DNA of 53,663 nucleotides, taken from positions 1 to 53,663 of IMG/VR virus record IMGVR_UViG_3300037424_000334. One strand, written 5' to 3'. This DNA comes from a virus (taxonomy: Duplodnaviria > Caudoviricetes). Below the pieces are notes generated by a model. The model saw nothing but the letters and a program-made list of their open reading frames with translations. It had not been told where the DNA came from and ran no database searches. Made by a program: the position numbers and the translations under genes. Shown in pieces: positions 51,442 to 53,663 of the stretch (within the stretch, counting starts at the first letter, position 1; every line of letters starts with the position of its first letter).

Positions 51442-51470
51442 ACCATACTCCGCGCGCAGACGATTGTCAA
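51442..51470 (-). promoter_or_regulatory. sigma70 promoter for SSB
   Basis: TTGACA-17-TATGGT. Confidence 0.75.
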
Positions 51471-51473
51471 GAC

Positions 51474-51587
51474 CTACTTGAACGTCCTCATGGCGCTGAT
51501 GAGGAGGAAAACCCAGGTCGTGATGAAGAACGCGCTCCAGTCGCTCTGGCTCATCGTCACCGTGTTGAAGTATTCGAATAGGGTCAT
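51474..51587 (-). CDS. 37-aa hydrophobic peptide (absent from ORF track)
   Basis: TGATG coupling; MTLFEYFNTVTMSQSDWSAFFITTWVFLLISAMRTFK. Confidence 0.45.
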   Translation of the reverse strand: MTLFEYFNTVTMSQSDWSAFFITTWVFLLISAMRTFK

Positions 51588-52843
51588 CAGAACACCGTAT
51601 CGGCGACTACGGCGGCTGCCATGTCGGCGGCTGTCGCTGCGTCGGCGCGCTGCATCAAGCCCACGGCGGGCTCGCGCGTGTCGTCGTCCGGCGCAAGGGT
51701 GATGCCGGTATCCGGCTTGAACGCGAACAGCGAGGTCATGGAATTGCCGCCGGGGAGCTTCTCGATCTGAGCCGGGCTCTTGAGCTTCGCGGGCTCGTAG
51801 GCCTTGTCGCCGACGTGCTTGGCTGCGTACTCCTCCTTTGTCAGGATGATGCGCCCGCCCTTGCCGTCGTCGATCTCCACCTTGTCCTTCCAGACTCGAT
51901 TGCCGAGTTTGTGGACGAGCTTCCAGCCGGGGATATATTCCTGCCGGTCGCGCATCCGAGTCATCGCCTCGCCGTCCAGGCCCATGAAGAACTTGTCGAA
52001 AATCGGCTTAAGGCTTTTCATCTTGCCGATTTGCTCGTTCGTGAACGAGGACGGGTGAGCGGCCACCGGCAGGGTTTTGATCTCGTTGAAGATCGCCGGG
52101 CACTTCGCCGTCGTGTTCGCAGGGCAGAACTTGCACCACTCACCCATGCAGAGCGGCGCGTTCGGATCGCGCGTAGCGCGCATCGCCGGGACAACAACGC
52201 CGACGAACCAGTCCTCCAGTTCCTTGGGCGTGAACTTCGCTTTGCGAAAATGATCGCGCGGGTTCGGCAAGCGAGGCTGCGCAATGATGAGTTCGATGAT
52301 GCGTGGCTCGCCTGCGCCGCGCATCTGCGGCGAGCGCATTTCATAGCTCATGTACCCGTACTCTTTCAACTGAGAGTCATCGGGATCGACGCGCACCATG
52401 CCGTACTTGAAGTCGAGAATGATGATGCAGACGCCCGGCACTTCGATACGGATGTCCGCCGTGCCATAGGCTTCCGGGTCAAGCTCGCTCTTGACGCGCG
52501 TCTCAACATGAAGGATCGCGCCCATCGGTTCGTACTGAGCGAACAGGTCGCGCACGAAGTTCAGATTCTTCTCGATGAGCGGAGTGTGGGCCTCGGTGAT
52601 GAGGAACTCCCACTTGGCCTGCTTGTACGTGCGGCCCGAGAACTCCCACGGCTCCATGTCCTTGAGCAGGCATTCAGCCGTGATGTTGTGCAGCACCGTG
52701 CCGAGCGCCGCTTCCTCCGACTCGCCGTCTTCCTCGGTGAGGCCGAGCTTCGCAATAAGGTTTGGGCTCCCAACGCAGTTGAGCCACCGGTAGGAACCCG
52801 AAGGCCCCAGGCGCGAGTGAACCGGAAGATTGATAGCAGTCAT
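51587..52843 (-). CDS. DUF2800 PD-(D/E)xK (Cas4-like) exonuclease
   Basis: HS.L.PS...RW.NC.GS; A..GT..H; GTAD..I.DFKYG; QL..Y; G.WC.FC.A...CP. Confidence 0.88.
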   Translation of the reverse strand: MTAINLPVHSRLGPSGSYRWLNCVGSPNLIAKLGLTEEDGESEEAALGTVLHNITAECLLKDMEPWEFSGRTYKQAKWEFLITEAHTPLIEKNLNFVRDLFAQYEPMGAILHVETRVKSELDPEAYGTADIRIEVPGVCIIILDFKYGMVRVDPDDSQLKEYGYMSYEMRSPQMRGAGEPRIIELIIAQPRLPNPRDHFRKAKFTPKELEDWFVGVVVPAMRATRDPNAPLCMGEWCKFCPANTTAKCPAIFNEIKTLPVAAHPSSFTNEQIGKMKSLKPIFDKFFMGLDGEAMTRMRDRQEYIPGWKLVHKLGNRVWKDKVEIDDGKGGRIILTKEEYAAKHVGDKAYEPAKLKSPAQIEKLPGGNSMTSLFAFKPDTGITLAPDDDTREPAVGLMQRADAATAADMAAAVVADTVF

Positions 52844-52922
52844 TTTCCACGACTCCTGCTGATTGAAAAGAACGGGCGGGGTTTGTAGCTTTCGCCGTGC
52901 CCCGCCCGCAGGCCCCTCCGCC

Positions 52923-53603
52923 CTAGATGTCCGACGCCGCCGCGAACTCTTTCACCTTCGCGTCGATCTCCGCTTTGTACTGCCCGAGCTTGGCCGGATC
53001 AATCTGTGCGATCTTCTCCGCGCCGAAGCTCCGGCTGATGGCCTTCACGGTCGGCGAGTCCAGCTTCTTCTCGCGGACGAGCGCCGAGACGTAGGCCGTC
53101 AGTTCCTCAGCCGTGGGCGCACCGGTTGCCTGGGCTGCGGTCGCCACTTGCGGCGGCGCTGCGGGCTTCGCGGGGGCCTTACTGCCGCCGTCGATGTCGT
53201 TCACTGCGGCAACGACCGGAGCCGAACCATCGGGGATGCCGAGTGCAGCCTGCGCCGGGTCAATACGGGCCTCGCCCGTACTGATGGCTTGGCCAGTGGC
53301 CGGGGCGTCGTCTTTCTTCTTGCGAGTGGTCGCAGGTTTCGCAGCCGAAGTGCCGCTTGCATTTTGCTCAGCGATCACAACCGCGCTGGCGCTCTGACCG
53401 ACTTCGACAAGGCCAAGTTCGGTAAGGACGATGGTCTTCGCCTCGCCAAGCAACTTCGTGGCGGCGACGATATGGTCCTGATCGGGATTGACGCCCTCGC
53501 TGATGGAGGCCGAGAACTCGATCTTCGCGTCGGCTGACTCGTATTTTGCAGGCTGACGTGACCGTCCATAGAAAACGGTGACGTTTGTGACTTGGATTTT
53601 CAT
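52923..53603 (-). CDS. hypothetical replication-module protein
   Basis: Two domains joined by an Ala/Pro linker; precedes DUF2800. Confidence 0.7.
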   Translation of the reverse strand: MKIQVTNVTVFYGRSRQPAKYESADAKIEFSASISEGVNPDQDHIVAATKLLGEAKTIVLTELGLVEVGQSASAVVIAEQNASGTSAAKPATTRKKKDDAPATGQAISTGEARIDPAQAALGIPDGSAPVVAAVNDIDGGSKAPAKPAAPPQVATAAQATGAPTAEELTAYVSALVREKKLDSPTVKAISRSFGAEKIAQIDPAKLGQYKAEIDAKVKEFAAASDI

Positions 53604-53663
53604 GCGACCTCCCTGAGAGATTCGAGATAGAGCGCCCTGCCCTTGTCAAAATCGACGTTGCGA

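Noticed and set aside
51587-52843. Cas4-like gene as a CRISPR-Cas component
   Set aside because: Standard DUF2800 nuclease of the DUF2800-SSB-PolA module.
53620-53650. Promoter upstream of 53603
   Set aside because: TTGACA is present but there is no convincing -10 box at 16-18 bp.

Overview
This window is part of a tailed dsDNA phage (siphovirus-type) genome, most likely infecting an Alphaproteobacterium. Host clues are a GapR/DUF2312 gene, RcGTA-like DUF2460/DUF2163/NlpC-P60/megatron tail-tip genes, and a tRNA-His with the alphaproteobacterial G1-U72/A73 pattern. Layout: (i) 1-3.3 kb, a dense + strand array of 30 tRNA genes covering 19 amino acids (no Pro, probably truncated on the left) with structured non-tRNA spacers; (ii) 3.4-35.4 kb, + strand packaging, head, neck, tail, tail-tip, fibre and lysis genes; (iii) 35.4-53.6 kb, convergent - strand genes for nucleotide metabolism, host takeover and replication (ligase, HAD, MazG-like proteins, DUF5664, NDT-like proteins, T5 A1-like, RuvC, PolA, SSB, DUF2800 nuclease). 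The most unusual signals: an exactly 117-aa module inserted in three different virion proteins, with an 'empty' paralog next door; a ~1-kb structured-RNA island between SSB and PolA that includes a CCA-less tRNA-Pro locked in a 19-bp acceptor helix abutting the polymerase RBS; and systematically remodelled tRNAs (long-variable-arm Lys, short-arm Leu, A37 in all G36 tRNAs, 1:72 mismatches). All calls come from manual motif recognition and hand folding; no searches were run.
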